The notes: generated by a model not told the origin, from the letters alone. A stretch of DNA of 64,000 nt from an uncultured Chloroflexia bacterium (GCA_963700285.1 CAVOXA010000001.1:1784101-1848100); one strand, 5' to 3'. Counted from the stretch's first letter, positions 1-11,429 are shown. Numbers and translations: made by a program.

Positions 1-422
1 AGGTGGGGCCCGGTCATGTGGACCAGGTCGGGTTGCAGGTCGTGGACCGTGGCCAGCAGCCTATTGAGATCCCGCGGCCGCAACGCGTCGGGCGAGAAGC
101 CGGTATCTCGAGTGTCCACGGGAGTATGTATTGCGATCCCCGGCGTATAGCGGTCCAGAGGCGCCTGCCGGGTGGTGATCAGGTGTACGTCAGCGCCCGC
201 CGCCTGCTGGCGGTTGGCCAGGTCGGCCGTATACTGGTGCATGCCCCAGGTTGGGGAGGGCAGGACGTAGCAGAGGCGGAGGGTGGAGAGGGGGAGAGGG
301 GGTGAGGGGGTGAGGGGGAGAGAGGGAGAGGGAGAGGGGGAGACAGGGTGAGGGGGAGAACCGCTGATTCCGTTCTCTCGTTCTCTTTGTCTCTTTTTCT
401 GCGTGTCTCCTGCGCGGTTCAT
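1..422 (-). CDS. GT4-family glycosyltransferase, N-terminal part (runs off the window)
   Basis: Manual translation gives LRLCYVLPSPTWGMHQYTADLAN...LQPDLVHMTGPH, a typical GT4 N-terminus. The ATG at 422 overlaps the upstream stop, and the N-terminus includes a repeat-derived Ser/Pro tract. Confidence 0.7.
   Translation of the reverse strand, partial: MNRAGDTQKKRQRERENGISGSPPHPVSPSPSPSLPLTPSPPLPLSTLRLCYVLPSPTWGMHQYTADLANRQQAAGADVHLITTRQAPLDRYTPGIAIHTPVDTRDTGFSPDALRPRDLNRLLATVHDLQPDLVHMTGPH
283..413. repeat. 8-mer tandem repeat array (GGGGGAGA/GGGGGTGA) followed by pyrimidine-rich 8-mers
   Basis: Purine-rich periodic tract at 283-360 and a complementary-composition tract at 371-413. Confidence 0.75.
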
Positions 423-806
423 TTTCCCCCAACGGTCCATTGCTCTGGGTGGCGGATCATGTTGACGAGCTTGCCGATGATGTGGTCATAGGTCCGGTAA
501 AGGTCGCGAGCTTTGCCGGCGTCCAGGTACTCGCACTTGACGGAGAACTCGAGCCAGATTTGGGTTTCGGCGGCTTCTGCTTCGGAGTCACTGAGCTTGC
601 TGACAAAGGCTGCCGGGTACCGTCGTTTTCTCCATGCCTCCGCCAGATTAGCACAGATCGATCTGCGAGGAACGACGGATCTGGTCAGTGAGGGCGTATC
701 GTTCGCTCTTTCGGGAAGCCTTGGTAACCTCAAAGATCTCCATCGCAGCATCAAAGGCCATCTGATAGACATCCAGATCGCGATGGCTCCGGATCCTTTC
801 TCCCAC
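419..806 (-). CDS. Four-helix-bundle protein (23S rRNA IVS-protein/bAvd-like family), frameshifted
   Basis: HRDLDVYQMAF...LTDQIRRSS...SICANLAEAWRKRRYPAAFVSKLSDSEAEAAETQIWLEF are hallmark motifs, read across two frames. Confidence 0.9.
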
Positions 807-867
807 TCTCCTGCTCTCCCTCTCTCTCCCCCTTGTCGCTCCTGTACAGCCTGAACTAACTCTCTGT

Positions 868-876
868 ATTATAGCA
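868..876 (-). promoter_or_regulatory. Extended -10 element (TGCTATAAT) upstream of the four-helix-bundle gene
   Basis: attatagca on the + strand, in an AT-rich patch. Confidence 0.5.
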
Positions 877-909
877 TAAATTTCGGATTTGCGCTAGTTT
901 CTACAGATA

Positions 910-2250
910 TCATCCAGATTTTGTGGTCAGTTTGGACTCTGAGCAAAGCGGCGGTGGAGGACGCGGAACAATTCGAACCAGGGCCAGGGCGGCAAAGGGC
1001 AGGGCCACGGCGTCCACGGGCAGCCGGTAGCGGGGCATGGCCCAGGTCAGGATGTGCAGCAGGGAGTAAAAGCCCATGAAGAGCAGGACCAGGGCCAGGG
1101 GCGTGGTGGAGAAGCTGAGCCAGCCGGCCGTCGAGCGGCCGGGCCATGCCTGGCGGAGGGCCAGCCACAACCCGGCCAGCATGAAGGGCAGAAAGAGGCC
1201 AAAGGAACCGCTGCGGCCCAGGTTGTGCAGCAGCGTCGTGTCGGGCGTGGGCCAGAACTCGAAATAGTCCCGGACGCGGCTGAGGGACAGGAGCAGGTAG
1301 CGGCCCGGCTCGGCCAGGACAAAGCCGATGCCGCGAGCCATGAGGTCGCGGTCCAGCTGCGCTTCGTTGAGGCCCGCTCAGTTCCGGCGGCACCGGCGCG
1401 GCCTCGAACTCCTGAAAGTCTGGTGCCGTGCATGGGATGCTGGGCCGAGTACATGGCATAGCCGGCGTTGGAGTTGAGCAGCAGGAACTGGTCGTAGACG
1501 ACATAATTGCGGATGGTGAAGGGCAGGATGAAGAGGACCAAGGTCAAGGTTGCGGTCAAGAGGCTGGGGATCATGCGGCGGAGCCGGCCGGAGCGCCAGG
1601 CGACCCAGAGGAGCCAGGCAAAGAGCACGACCACCCAGGGGAGGATGGATTGGCGCAGGAGGGTGGCGAGGCCCAGGCCCAACCCCAGGACCAGACCCTT
1701 GCCCACGGATGGCGCCTCGGCCGCGGCCATGGCCCGCTCCAGCGTCCAGAGCAGGACGATGATGTAGAACGACTCGGTCATCAAGGTGGCACCGTACAGT
1801 ACGAAATAGGCGTACACGGCCGCGCACCCCGCCGCAACCAGAGCGACTGTGCCCCGGCCCGGAAATAGCTGGCGGGCCAGGCGGTAGACCATCAACGGCA
1901 GGAGCAGCCCGCTGACCAGGGCGCCCAGCAGACGCAGGGCCAGGGGGTGGACACCGAAAAGCCCATAGACAGCCGGCCGCATAGAGGGAATAGAGGAAGG
2001 ACCAGTGGGCGGTGGGCGTCTCGGCCGGTGTGAAGGGGTACCAGCCGGTCTCAAAGCTGAAGCCATGACCAGCAGCCAGCCGGGCGCCCAGGGCGTGGTA
2101 GGAGCGCTGGTCGGTGAGCAGCGGCGGCGCGTCCACCACATCGCCCAGGTAGACGGCAACCCCAACCCGCAGCACGACGGCCAGGATCAGAATCCCGACC
2201 AACGCTACCCAATAGGTTTTCCCTTCTCGCCCAATCATCAAGTCCGTCAA
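910..2250 (-). CDS. GT39/ArnT-like membrane glycosyltransferase, frameshifted
   Basis: ORF pieces 1378-2250, 1047-2165 and 910-1341 are multi-TM and contain LMTESFYI, PFTIRNY and PRYRLPV. Confidence 0.85.
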
Positions 2251-2252
2251 TA

Positions 2253-2331
2253 TCTCCCCATCTCCCTATCTCTCCTTCTCCCCCTCCTCTCCTTCTCCCC
2301 CTCTCCTACTGTCTCACTGTCTCACTGTCCC
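2253..2331. repeat. 8-mer tandem repeat array (TCTCCCCC-like, then TGTCTCAC)
   Basis: Periodic intergenic tract. Confidence 0.75.
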
Positions 2332-2348
2332 GGCGTGTGCCCTCAGCC

Positions 2349-3333
2349 TCACATCCCCGCCAGCTCAGCCAGCAGCCGCCGATAGGTCCGCGCCTGTGCA
2401 GCCAGCGCGTCAGAGAAGGGCGTGCCCAGCGCAGCCACCGCCAGGCGGGGCCAATAGGCCAGCCGCAGGTAGCACTTGAAGCGATTTGCCTGGCGTGCTC
2501 CGCCAAACTTGCGATAGAATTGCATCTTGCTGCGGTAGAGCTGGACGTACATGCGCTCGGGCATCTGTCGCGTGCTCTGTGCCTCATGGTGCAATACCAC
2601 GGCTTGGGGTACCCACCATAGTTCCCATCCGGCTTGGGCCAGCCGGTAGCAGAGGTCCACTTCTTCGGTGTACATGAAGTACGTACTCATCCAGCAGCCC
2701 GACCTGATCCAGCGCCTCATGCCGCAGCAAAAGACACGCGCCCTTGATCACCTCGACCTGGCGCGGTGTACCGAGATCCCAATACTGCATGGGATAGGTC
2801 GCCTGCGGCCACAACCGGCTCCAGAAACAGCAGCCGCCAGAACTCACGGCCAGGCGTGAGCATCGGGTGGCACGAGGATTGCAGGCTACCGTCGGTGTTC
2901 AGCAGTCGCGCTCCAGCCGCGCCGGCCCGGGGATGCGCGTCGATGAACTCGACAAGGGCCTGTATCGCGCCGGGCTGGATCTCAGTATCGCTGTTGAGCA
3001 GCACCACGTAGCGCCCAGCGAGCCGCGCATGGCCTGATTGTTGGCAGCGGCAAAGCCAACGTTCTCACTGGTTCTCGATCAGGTTCACCCAGGGGAAACT
3101 GCGCTCGCACCATGTCCGCGCTGCCATCGGTGGAAGCGTTGTCGACGACCCAAAGTTCGAGGTTCGAGGTTTTAGGGTCGATGGGCGACGGGAGTGGTGG
3201 GGACGTGATTGGAGACTGTCTGGCCTGCGGCTGGAGCGATGGATTCCAGGCACCGGGCGAGCAGGTCGCGGGTGTTCCAGTTGACGACGATGACCGAGAG
3301 CGCCAAGTCCACCAGCTTCTGGCCCTCCCTCAT
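2349..3333 (-). CDS. GT2-family glycosyltransferase, frameshifted
   Basis: LSVIVVNWNTRDLL, VVDNASTDGS, LLNSD and YFMYTEEVDLCYRL occur across frames. Confidence 0.9.
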
Positions 3334-3347
3334 CCACCATCACGTAC

Positions 3348-4834
3348 TTACCCCTGGGCCCCTTCTCCGGTACTCCCACTCTCCCCAGCTCCCTCTTTCC
3401 CCCTCTCGCCATCCCTTCCTCTCACCCTCTGCTCCAGCGCCACCAGCCCGCCCAGGAACATCCAGGCCAGTGCGCTGGTGCGAAAGCCGGGAAAGCCAAT
3501 GTTGTAGACAAAGGGCAGGAACCAGTCGGCCAGCATCATGGCTATCAGGGTGCCCGCCAGCCCGCCCACGGCACCATTTAGGTAGCCTTCTTCAAAACCA
3601 GGATCGAAGCAAGACAGCAGCCGCCAGCCCAGCACGCCGACCTCGGCCAGGAACCATAGGAAGAGGCCCAGCCCCACCACGCCCACCTGCGCGTAGAGGT
3701 CGATATAGTTGTTGTGAGACGACACGTTGGGCCGGATCCAGAGAGCGTGACCCACCCCGGATGAAAGCCACTGGGTATGACCATAGTGGCGGTAGGCTGC
3801 CGGGCCCAGTCCCAGGATGGGATGGTCTTTGACCAGATCGAGAACCGATGCGTATAGTGTACGCGCCCTCCCCAACTCACATCCACTTCGGCTTGCCCGC
3901 CTGCGTGGACAAAGACGATGGGGTAGGCAAGAACTGCAAGAGTAACCAGCGCCACAGCCACTACCAGCCCTAGCACGCGGTTGCGGCGCCACATCCGCAG
4001 CCAGATCACAGCCAGGGCGGCGACTGTGAATGGCACCCAGCCCGACACCCAGTCGTTCAGTCTGGAACCACACCACATAGGTCGCTGCGCCGAGCAGCGC
4101 CAGCAGCCACAGACGTATCAACGGCCGGAGCTTGCGATTGAAAGAGCAATTGCCCGGTCGCCAGTGGCCGCCAACCAGGTCCAGAACATGCTCCGGTTGG
4201 CCATTTCGGATCGGACCAGCCCAGGAGCCCGGCGCAGGGGCGGCAGGAAATACTCCAGAACCACCACGCTGGACACAGCCAGGAAGACGAAGGTGGCGAT
4301 CTTCAGCCAGCGCCCCCGCGCGCCCAGGCTGCCGGTCACGAGAAAGATGGCGGCAGAAAGGGCAAAGATGCCCCACTGACCCAGCTGTACCAGCAAGCAG
4401 GTTACTGGGCTGGGGCACCAGTGGATCCCAGTAGGCCCGGCCGGCCAGGAGCGAGAGCAGTCCAACCAGCACAAAGAGCATCAGGGGTAGCATGGTGCGC
4501 GAACGTGGGCAGTCGCAGGCGACGTTTCGCGAAGGCCATCCACCAGCCAGGCGCGACTCACCACCGGGATCAGGAATACCGGCGCGGTCAGGGCGACCTC
4601 AGACCCGGTGCCGAGAGTGAAGGGCAGAGTGAAAGAAAGCCCGGCCAGGGCCACCAGACCCAGCCCAGGGTGCTGCAGCAGCAGTGAACGCCAGGCACCG
4701 GGCACCAGCACCAGGAAGCAGCACGCGAAAGCGGGTCGAAGGTTGGCGGCGCCAGTGCCGCCAGCATCAGCACGGCGCCGATGACAAGCGGGCTCGGCAT
4801 TGCCAGATCCCGGCGACGGACTGCGCATCATCAT
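3348..4834 (-). CDS. O-antigen ligase/polymerase-like membrane protein, frameshifted
   Basis: Multi-TM; DHPILGLGP...SSHNNYIDLYAQVGVVGL is a Wzy_C-type motif. Confidence 0.85.
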
Positions 4835-6040
4835 GTCGCACGCCTCTCCAGGACGACCGATTCGACCAGGTCGACGAACCGTTCTCCGATGGCGCGCCAG
4901 TCATACTGCTCTTCGACCAATGCCGCGGGCGTTGCGGGCCAGTTGTGCTCGCAGGCCAGGGTCGCGCAGCAGGCGGACAACCTGGGCAGCGAATGTGTCT
5001 GGCTCGTCCGCGAGCAGGATGTCGCGTTTCGGCGTCACGTCCAGCCCCTCAGCAGCTTTGGTGGTGGCGACCACCGGCGTACCCAGCGCCATCGCCTCCA
5101 GGATCTTGAGACGGGTGCCGCCGCCCTGACGGATGGGCACGACGCACGCCCAGGCGCCTGCAACCAGCGGCCGCACGTCGTCAACATAGCCGCTCAGCTG
5201 GACGCTGTCATCGAGCTGCAAGCCAGCCAAAGGTCGACGCCCCGGTTGGGAACCGGTGATGGTCAGCGACACGCCTGGGATCTGCCTCCGGATCAGGGGA
5301 TACGTTTCGCTCAGAAAGTACTGCATGGCATCATAGTTGGCGCTATAGGTCAGGGCGCCGTTAAAGACCAGAGTGCTAGCCTTCGGTGGGGCCAGAATCG
5401 GATGGTTGTACTGGCAATCGACACCATTGGGAATGACTTCTATGCACCCTCGGTAGCGGGGCAGCTCTTGTTCACTGACCTCACGGTCCTGGTCGGACAC
5501 CATGGTGACCAGATCGAAACGGTCAAACACTGTCGCCTCGTAGCGCCTGGCCTTCTGCCAACTCACCCGGCATTGCAGCCGCCGCAGGGGCGAGTCCTGG
5601 GCCTGGTACCGATCCCACAACATGCGCGTTAGTGAGTTGTGTTCCTCCATGACTCTTGTACTCTTTGCGGGTGCCAGCAAAGCATAATTGGCCATGGTCT
5701 CGGTTGAAGCAATGACCACGTCAAAGTCCGCCCCGGCCAGCGTAGATCGGACCAGGCGGCTCATCTCCGGGACAGGGCGGACGAAAACCGGTCGCGGCGA
5801 GAGAAATCGCCGGAGGCTGCCAGTCTGATTCTCCTCGAAAGGATTGTACCGAACAACCTGGACATCCGTACAGAACTTGCCCAATGCCTCTGCTTGCTGG
5901 GGCACGGCTGTATCAAAGGCAAAGGAAGCCAGCGTCACCTGATGACTAGCGCCCAAAGCCCGCAGCAAGTGATAGACCCTGATCTTGGAGCCGTTGTCAG
6001 CGGGGTAGGGAAACCAGGTGGAAAGAAAGAGGATGTTCAT
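4831..6040 (-). CDS. GT4-family glycosyltransferase (C-terminal frameshift)
   Basis: MNILFLSTWFPYPADNGSKIR; GGGTRLKILEAMALGTPVV. Confidence 0.9.
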
Positions 6041-6810
6041 CACCCGGTTCCTGCCTGCGCCAGCAGGCCGACGCATTGTAGCGTATAGCAGCCCAGCCCC
6101 GTTCGCTCGAAGCGGCGCCAGCCTGTGTCATACAGCTGCCAGACAGCGCTGGGCAGCATCTGGCGCTTCAATATCCGTGTCTCGATCTTGGACAATTCGC
6201 GCAGAATGGCCAGGAAGCGCGGATAGTAGCCTCGCCCGTATGCGTCGAGGATCTGGAATCCCGCTGCCTCCAAAAGAGCGCGCAGCTCAGCGAGGCTGAA
6301 TTCGCGCTCCCAGCCGCCATAGGGCCACTTTCCGCTGCGGATCAGCCGCCGCTTGTGCACCGTGTACCAGTTGTAGCGCTGCGGAACATCGACTAAGAGG
6401 TATCCTTCCGCGCGAAGCACGCGCTTCTGTTCCACGATCAAGCTGGCCGGGTCCTCGAAATGCTCCAGGAATCCCTGGTGAAAGACCAGGTCGAAGGAAC
6501 CCGATTCGAAAGGCAGGTGCCAGGCGTCGCCTTGTGCAACATCGAGGTGCACGCCCGCTTGCCTGGCAGTGACTGTGGTACGCTCAAGTGCAGACGTGGA
6601 AAAGTCCAGGGCAGTGACCTTGGCGCCGAGGGATGCCAGCACGCTGCTAGTACCTCCCGTGCCAGCGCCGATCTCCAGGGCCTGGCAAGACTGCAGGTTC
6701 ACGTGCGATCCAATCGTCTCGGTGATCTGCGGGACATGGTTTACGTAATCTTTTGCCTCGAAATGCTGCCAGTAGGCGTTCCACGCAGAGCGTGTGTTGG
6801 GTGACGTCAT
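6040..6810 (-). CDS. Class I SAM-dependent methyltransferase
   Basis: LEIGAGTG; LPFESGSFDLVFHQGFLEH. Confidence 0.9.
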   Translation of the reverse strand: MTSPNTRSAWNAYWQHFEAKDYVNHVPQITETIGSHVNLQSCQALEIGAGTGGTSSVLASLGAKVTALDFSTSALERTTVTARQAGVHLDVAQGDAWHLPFESGSFDLVFHQGFLEHFEDPASLIVEQKRVLRAEGYLLVDVPQRYNWYTVHKRRLIRSGKWPYGGWEREFSLAELRALLEAAGFQILDAYGRGYYPRFLAILRELSKIETRILKRQMLPSAVWQLYDTGWRRFERTGLGCYTLQCVGLLAQAGTG

Positions 6811-6966
6811 AGTTGACTCAATGCTGTTTTCGCCAAGTCTATGATAATCTCGCAGTGTCGCACCGGCCTGGAAGAGCCGGTGCTAGGCATTGAAACCGAC
6901 AGAAACAGGTCTAGCACCGGCTGTTCACGGCGGTGCAGTAATCGCAACCACTTGGCGAGAAGACCA

Positions 6967-8226
6967 CTAAACCTGGGGCCCCAGAAGGTCGCGATAGATG
7001 GTGATCAGTCTGCGGCCGTTCTCCGACCAGTCGAACCGCTGGCAAGCAAGCTGCCGAGCGGCGTAGCCCAACGCTGCGCGCTGGGACGGATCATCCAGGA
7101 GCTGGCAGACCGCGTCCACAGCCTCCTCTGGCTCTGACGTGTAGAGCTTGCGTACCTGGACGTGGTCCTCCAAGCTCTCGCCAATGCCCTGGGCGTAGGT
7201 CACGACGGCCCGGCCTATACTAAGGTACTCGGGCAGCTTGGCTGGCAGGCGCAGGTTGTTGCCCAAGTCCAGGGGATGCTGGAGCAGGACGTCTGCCAGG
7301 CTCAGAAAGCGCGGAACCTGGGAATAGGGCACCCGCCCCACGAGGCGGTAGTGGTTCTGGAGGCCCATGCCCGTGGCGACCCGTTTCGCCTCGACGCGAA
7401 AACCATCGTCTCCCACAAGCAGCAGCACAGCTTTGGGAAATCTGCCAACCACACCGGCCAGAACCCTCATGAACCAGAAAAAGATCTCGGTGTTCATGGC
7501 CCCCGAGTACACCAGGACCTGGCGATTGTTCAGGCCCAATTCCTCCTGAAGGCCATCGGCGGTCACATGGGGACCGAAAAGCTGCAAATTGGCGCCTGGA
7601 TACAACAGATGGACCGGTACGCCGGGCCACTGGGACTTTGCCCAGGCGGTGAGGTTTGGAGATATGGCGGTATGGGCGCTGGCTGCCCGAGTCACCTGCC
7701 GGTAGGTCACCGGTTCCTTTGCCATTCTCGAGACGGCGCCGTCGCTCCGTACGGGCATCACCCAAGGCCACAGGGCGTCGCGAAGTAAGGCAACAGGCGC
7801 CGCAAAGCGCCGGGCTCCGTGCTGCCACCTTGCCATCGTCGCCTGGCGGAGAGAGCAGACATGATAGTCCTCGTCATCTTCGTGATCCATCACTAGCGGG
7901 ACTCCAGTAGAACGGTGCAGTTGCCAACCAGCGAGGGCCGGCACGTGGCGCGGCGTCCAGATGTGCAGGATTTCCGGCTCGAAAGCCAGTACCTGCTGGC
8001 GTACGCGTCGCGCCAAGAGCGGACCGGTGAAGGCCATCTCTACGATCTCGGCCTCGGGCGGCTCTTCCATCGATATCACGGTTTCGGTGCTGCCGGCGAT
8101 GAGGATTTGGGCCGCGTGCCCCTGGCGGCGGACCTCCTGGGCAAAGTGGTAGAGCTGTTTCATGCCGGCGTAGTGGTGAAAGTCGCCGTAGCCTACGTAG
8201 GTGATGCGCACCGACAGATGTTCCAT
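6967..8226 (-). CDS. GT4-family glycosyltransferase
   Basis: LPAKLPEYLSIGRAVV; FDWSENGRRL. Confidence 0.85.
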   Translation of the reverse strand: MEHLSVRITYVGYGDFHHYAGMKQLYHFAQEVRRQGHAAQILIAGSTETVISMEEPPEAEIVEMAFTGPLLARRVRQQVLAFEPEILHIWTPRHVPALAGWQLHRSTGVPLVMDHEDDEDYHVCSLRQATMARWQHGARRFAAPVALLRDALWPWVMPVRSDGAVSRMAKEPVTYRQVTRAASAHTAISPNLTAWAKSQWPGVPVHLLYPGANLQLFGPHVTADGLQEELGLNNRQVLVYSGAMNTEIFFWFMRVLAGVVGRFPKAVLLLVGDDGFRVEAKRVATGMGLQNHYRLVGRVPYSQVPRFLSLADVLLQHPLDLGNNLRLPAKLPEYLSIGRAVVTYAQGIGESLEDHVQVRKLYTSEPEEAVDAVCQLLDDPSQRAALGYAARQLACQRFDWSENGRRLITIYRDLLGPQV

Positions 8227-8260
8227 ACCCGCTCAGCTCCACATGGAAGCGTTGGCTGGT

Positions 8261-9187
8261 TCATTCATCCCTCCTCACCAACCAGATGCTGCCGCCAGCA
8301 TACCTGTCCTCTGCAACATCGATGGGTAGGAAGGGTAGCAGGTCCTGCACGAGGTCGTTGTGGGCATTCAGTAGATAGTTGAGCCAGAATACGATCTCAA
8401 AGGCTCGGTTGTACTGCAGGAAGGCCCGGAGCAGGTATGCCTCGTTCCAGTAGTATCCCCGCTGGATGAATGGCTCAAAATACTGGAAGGGGTAGCGGAC
8501 GTCGTGAAAGTGGATATGCACCCCAGCTGCCAGCCTCGGCAAGATTTCAAACATGATGGTGTTTACGTCGCTGCCGATCTTGGCGACATGAGATGAGTCG
8601 ACGAACAGGATATCGTTGGCAGACAATGCGTCGAAAAGGGATGGATCGACGTCTTGTACGTGTTCCTCGAGTATCGTCACCCTCGCATAGTCCGTTTCCT
8701 TTACAACGGTTCTCAAGTTGTCGCAGAAGGGGTCGATGAATGTGAACGACGTCTGCCCGCCCAGGTGCAGCTCGTCCGTGTCGAGCATGCACGCCGAGGA
8801 GTGGCCAGAGCCGATTTCGATGACCCGGGCCGGTTCCAGAAGCCGCATCATATAGTGCAGGATGGGCCCATCGTCGTACGAGAAGGTGTCGTTATGGATC
8901 TGATAGCGTACCCTCCGACTTGGGTCCCAGAACGGTACGTCCTCCCAGAAACGGCTGAACGCTCCGCAGGTTGCTGCCTGCCTGTCTAGGTTCAGGTCAA
9001 TGCCCCTCAGTTCGTCCTTCCGATCGAACAGCTTGGAGCGTCTCCTTTCAACGTCCTCAAGGGATGGGATTGGACTGTAATAGTGGCCTGGCGGGTACGG
9101 CGTCTTGAATTTCTCCAGCTCCTCCCGTAGCGTTCTGATGTAGGGCAGTCTGTCCGCATAGTGCTTGAGACGCGACTTTAGGATCAA
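8261..9187 (-). CDS. SAM-dependent methyltransferase (Methyltransf_24-like)
   Basis: VIEIGSGHSS, DILFVDSSHV, HFHD, WNEAYLLRAFL. Confidence 0.9.
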   Translation of the reverse strand: MILKSRLKHYADRLPYIRTLREELEKFKTPYPPGHYYSPIPSLEDVERRRSKLFDRKDELRGIDLNLDRQAATCGAFSRFWEDVPFWDPSRRVRYQIHNDTFSYDDGPILHYMMRLLEPARVIEIGSGHSSACMLDTDELHLGGQTSFTFIDPFCDNLRTVVKETDYARVTILEEHVQDVDPSLFDALSANDILFVDSSHVAKIGSDVNTIMFEILPRLAAGVHIHFHDVRYPFQYFEPFIQRGYYWNEAYLLRAFLQYNRAFEIVFWLNYLLNAHNDLVQDLLPFLPIDVAEDRYAGGSIWLVRRDE

Positions 9188-10167
9188 GATTCACGCCCTT
9201 TCGGCTGATCGCCAGGCAAGGCCTCCGGCCGATGCAACCCCAGGCCTCTTGCGCCTGCCATGAGGTATCCCACGGCTCCACCTGACAGAATAGCAGGTAT
9301 TCTTAGGAACCCCTTCGCTGACGGAGCCTCAAAGCAGGACCGTGCCGCGCCTTTGGGCAGATTCACGAATGCTACTCGGGCAAAGTCTCGCCTGGGACCA
9401 AAGTGGCTCACACACAGATAGGCCAATGACCGGCAGCTGATGAATTGCGATCGGAGGTCAAAACTCTCAGATCGTTGCACTACTCCCGTGGGGCGCGGAG
9501 CTTTGAGATGTGTGGCCATCATGCCGGGCACGTACAGCAGCCTATAGCCAGCCCTGCGAATTCGAAAGCTCAGATCCTGTTCCTCGTAGGTGATCCCGAA
9601 CCAGGGGTCAAACGTTCCAGCTTGTAGTAATGCGCTCCTGCGGAAGGCCATGTTGCAGCCGTACAAGAAATCCACCTCAACCATGGAACCTGCCAAGTTG
9701 TTGAAATTCATCGTCAGCTCGCCACGCGGTGAGAACCTGCCTATATCTTGGGTTTCCACCTCGGGCGCATCGGTTTCCACGACCCTGCCTACCACACCCC
9801 CAACATCTGATTCCAAGAATCCGGCCGCCAGCGCTTGCATCCAGTCCCGGGAAACCAACGTGTCATCGTCGATAAAGGCGAGTAGTTGCCCGGTACTCCG
9901 TGCAATTCCCTGGTTTCTCGTTCGAGCAAGGTTGCCCTTTCGGGCGTCTTCTCGAACGTGTAGTGCAGGGAATTGCCGAACTGCTTCCTGTGTACCTGCT
10001 GAATCGGTGGAATTGTCAACTACAATGACTTCAAAGGGATGGTAGTCCTGGGCAAATAGCCTGCTCAAGCACTCGTTCAATATGCTTGGGCGATCACGGG
10101 TGGCAACAATCACCGATATGCTTGGTGTCGGGGTTTTCCGCCCCTGCCGTTCATTGACTTGAGTCAT
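9184..10167 (-). CDS. GT2-family glycosyltransferase
   Basis: ISVIVATRDR; AFIDDD; GCNMAFRR. Confidence 0.9.
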   Translation of the reverse strand: MTQVNERQGRKTPTPSISVIVATRDRPSILNECLSRLFAQDYHPFEVIVVDNSTDSAGTQEAVRQFPALHVREDARKGNLARTRNQGIARSTGQLLAFIDDDTLVSRDWMQALAAGFLESDVGGVVGRVVETDAPEVETQDIGRFSPRGELTMNFNNLAGSMVEVDFLYGCNMAFRRSALLQAGTFDPWFGITYEEQDLSFRIRRAGYRLLYVPGMMATHLKAPRPTGVVQRSESFDLRSQFISCRSLAYLCVSHFGPRRDFARVAFVNLPKGAARSCFEAPSAKGFLRIPAILSGGAVGYLMAGARGLGLHRPEALPGDQPKGRES

Positions 10168-11429
10168 GGTCCTCCTGCGCGCCTGGAACAATCCGTTCGT
10201 ATACGGCCAGGTATTGGGGCACAATGATGTCTGGTGTGTAGCAGCGCAGATACCGTTCCCTCGCCGCCGCGGCCATGCGGCGATAGAGCTCGCTGTCTGA
10301 GGCCAGTTCCAGGATGGCGTCGGCCATCCTCTGGGGCGATCTCGGAGGAACCAACAGGCCGGATACGCCGTCCACCACGACCTCCGGCACGCCGCCGACG
10401 GCTGTCGCTACAGCCGGTTTCCCATAGGCCATGCCCTCCACCAATACTACACCAAAACCCTCATAGATCGACGATAGAACCACCAGATCCACGGCAGCCA
10501 TGACCTCGGCGAGTTGGACCCTGGCAAACGCGCCCGCAAAGATGACATTCTGGCCCAGCCCCAGAGACTCGGCTCTGCCCTCTAATTCACCAAGCTGAGG
10601 TCCATCGCCGTAGATCAGAAACTGAAGGCAGGGATTCTGCTCAACGGCCGCTCTTGCCGCCAGCAGTAGGGTGTTGATGTCCTTCTGCGGTACTAAGCGA
10701 GCGATGCATCCCACTGTAAAGGCTGTGTCCTGACGTTTAGCCTCAAGCTCGGAGTCGGCAGGGCCGTACACCATGTTGGCAATGATGTGTATGCGCGAGT
10801 CAGGCATGCAGTACGGTCGGATCGATGCCGCGGAGGCACCTGATACTGCTGTGACGGCGTCAAGAGCCGGCATCGCACGCGCGAGCCCTTCATAATAGAG
10901 CTGGGTGTGGTCCACCGGCACCACATCCTCTGTGTAGACTGTTCGGTAGCCAAGGCGCTTGCCCCGGATGATCCACAGCCAGGCGTCTGGCTTCCGAAAG
11001 TGAACGAGGACTGCCCGGTCCACGAGACGGCCCTGCACCAAGTGCCAGGAAGAAAATGGCGTCAAGTCCGGCGTATCCCAGGCGCCGTAGTCCTCCCCAT
11101 ACACTCCTCTTGCTGGCCTGCATAGTCTTGTGGCGCAGGAGCGCATCCAGGAGTACAAAAGGGAGGGCAAGCCAGAGAAGTGCCGTGAAGCCCTGTCGAG
11201 CCGCCTGGTGTAGCTGGTGGCTGACGGCCCAAAGGGCCACCTTGCTCTCGCGCAAGAAGCTTGCATAGGCGTGACCGGCGGCCAGTGGATTGCGCACCAG
11301 GAGGATCGGACGTACCCCGTATCGGCATAGTTCCAGGGCCAAGTTTGTCATCTGGTCGGCCACGCCACCGTGGTCCTCCAGGCTCATCGTTGCCAGCAGC
11401 ACTGTGCGTTCTCTATGTGTCATGCCCAT
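10151..11429 (-). CDS. GT4-family glycosyltransferase, frameshifted
   Basis: EGFGVVLVEGMAYGKPAVATAVGGVPEVV. Confidence 0.85.

Noticed and set aside
419-806. Avd-like protein as a sign of a diversity-generating retroelement or a 23S rRNA IVS
   Set aside because: No reverse transcriptase, no TR/VR pair with adenine-specific mismatches, and no rRNA in the window.
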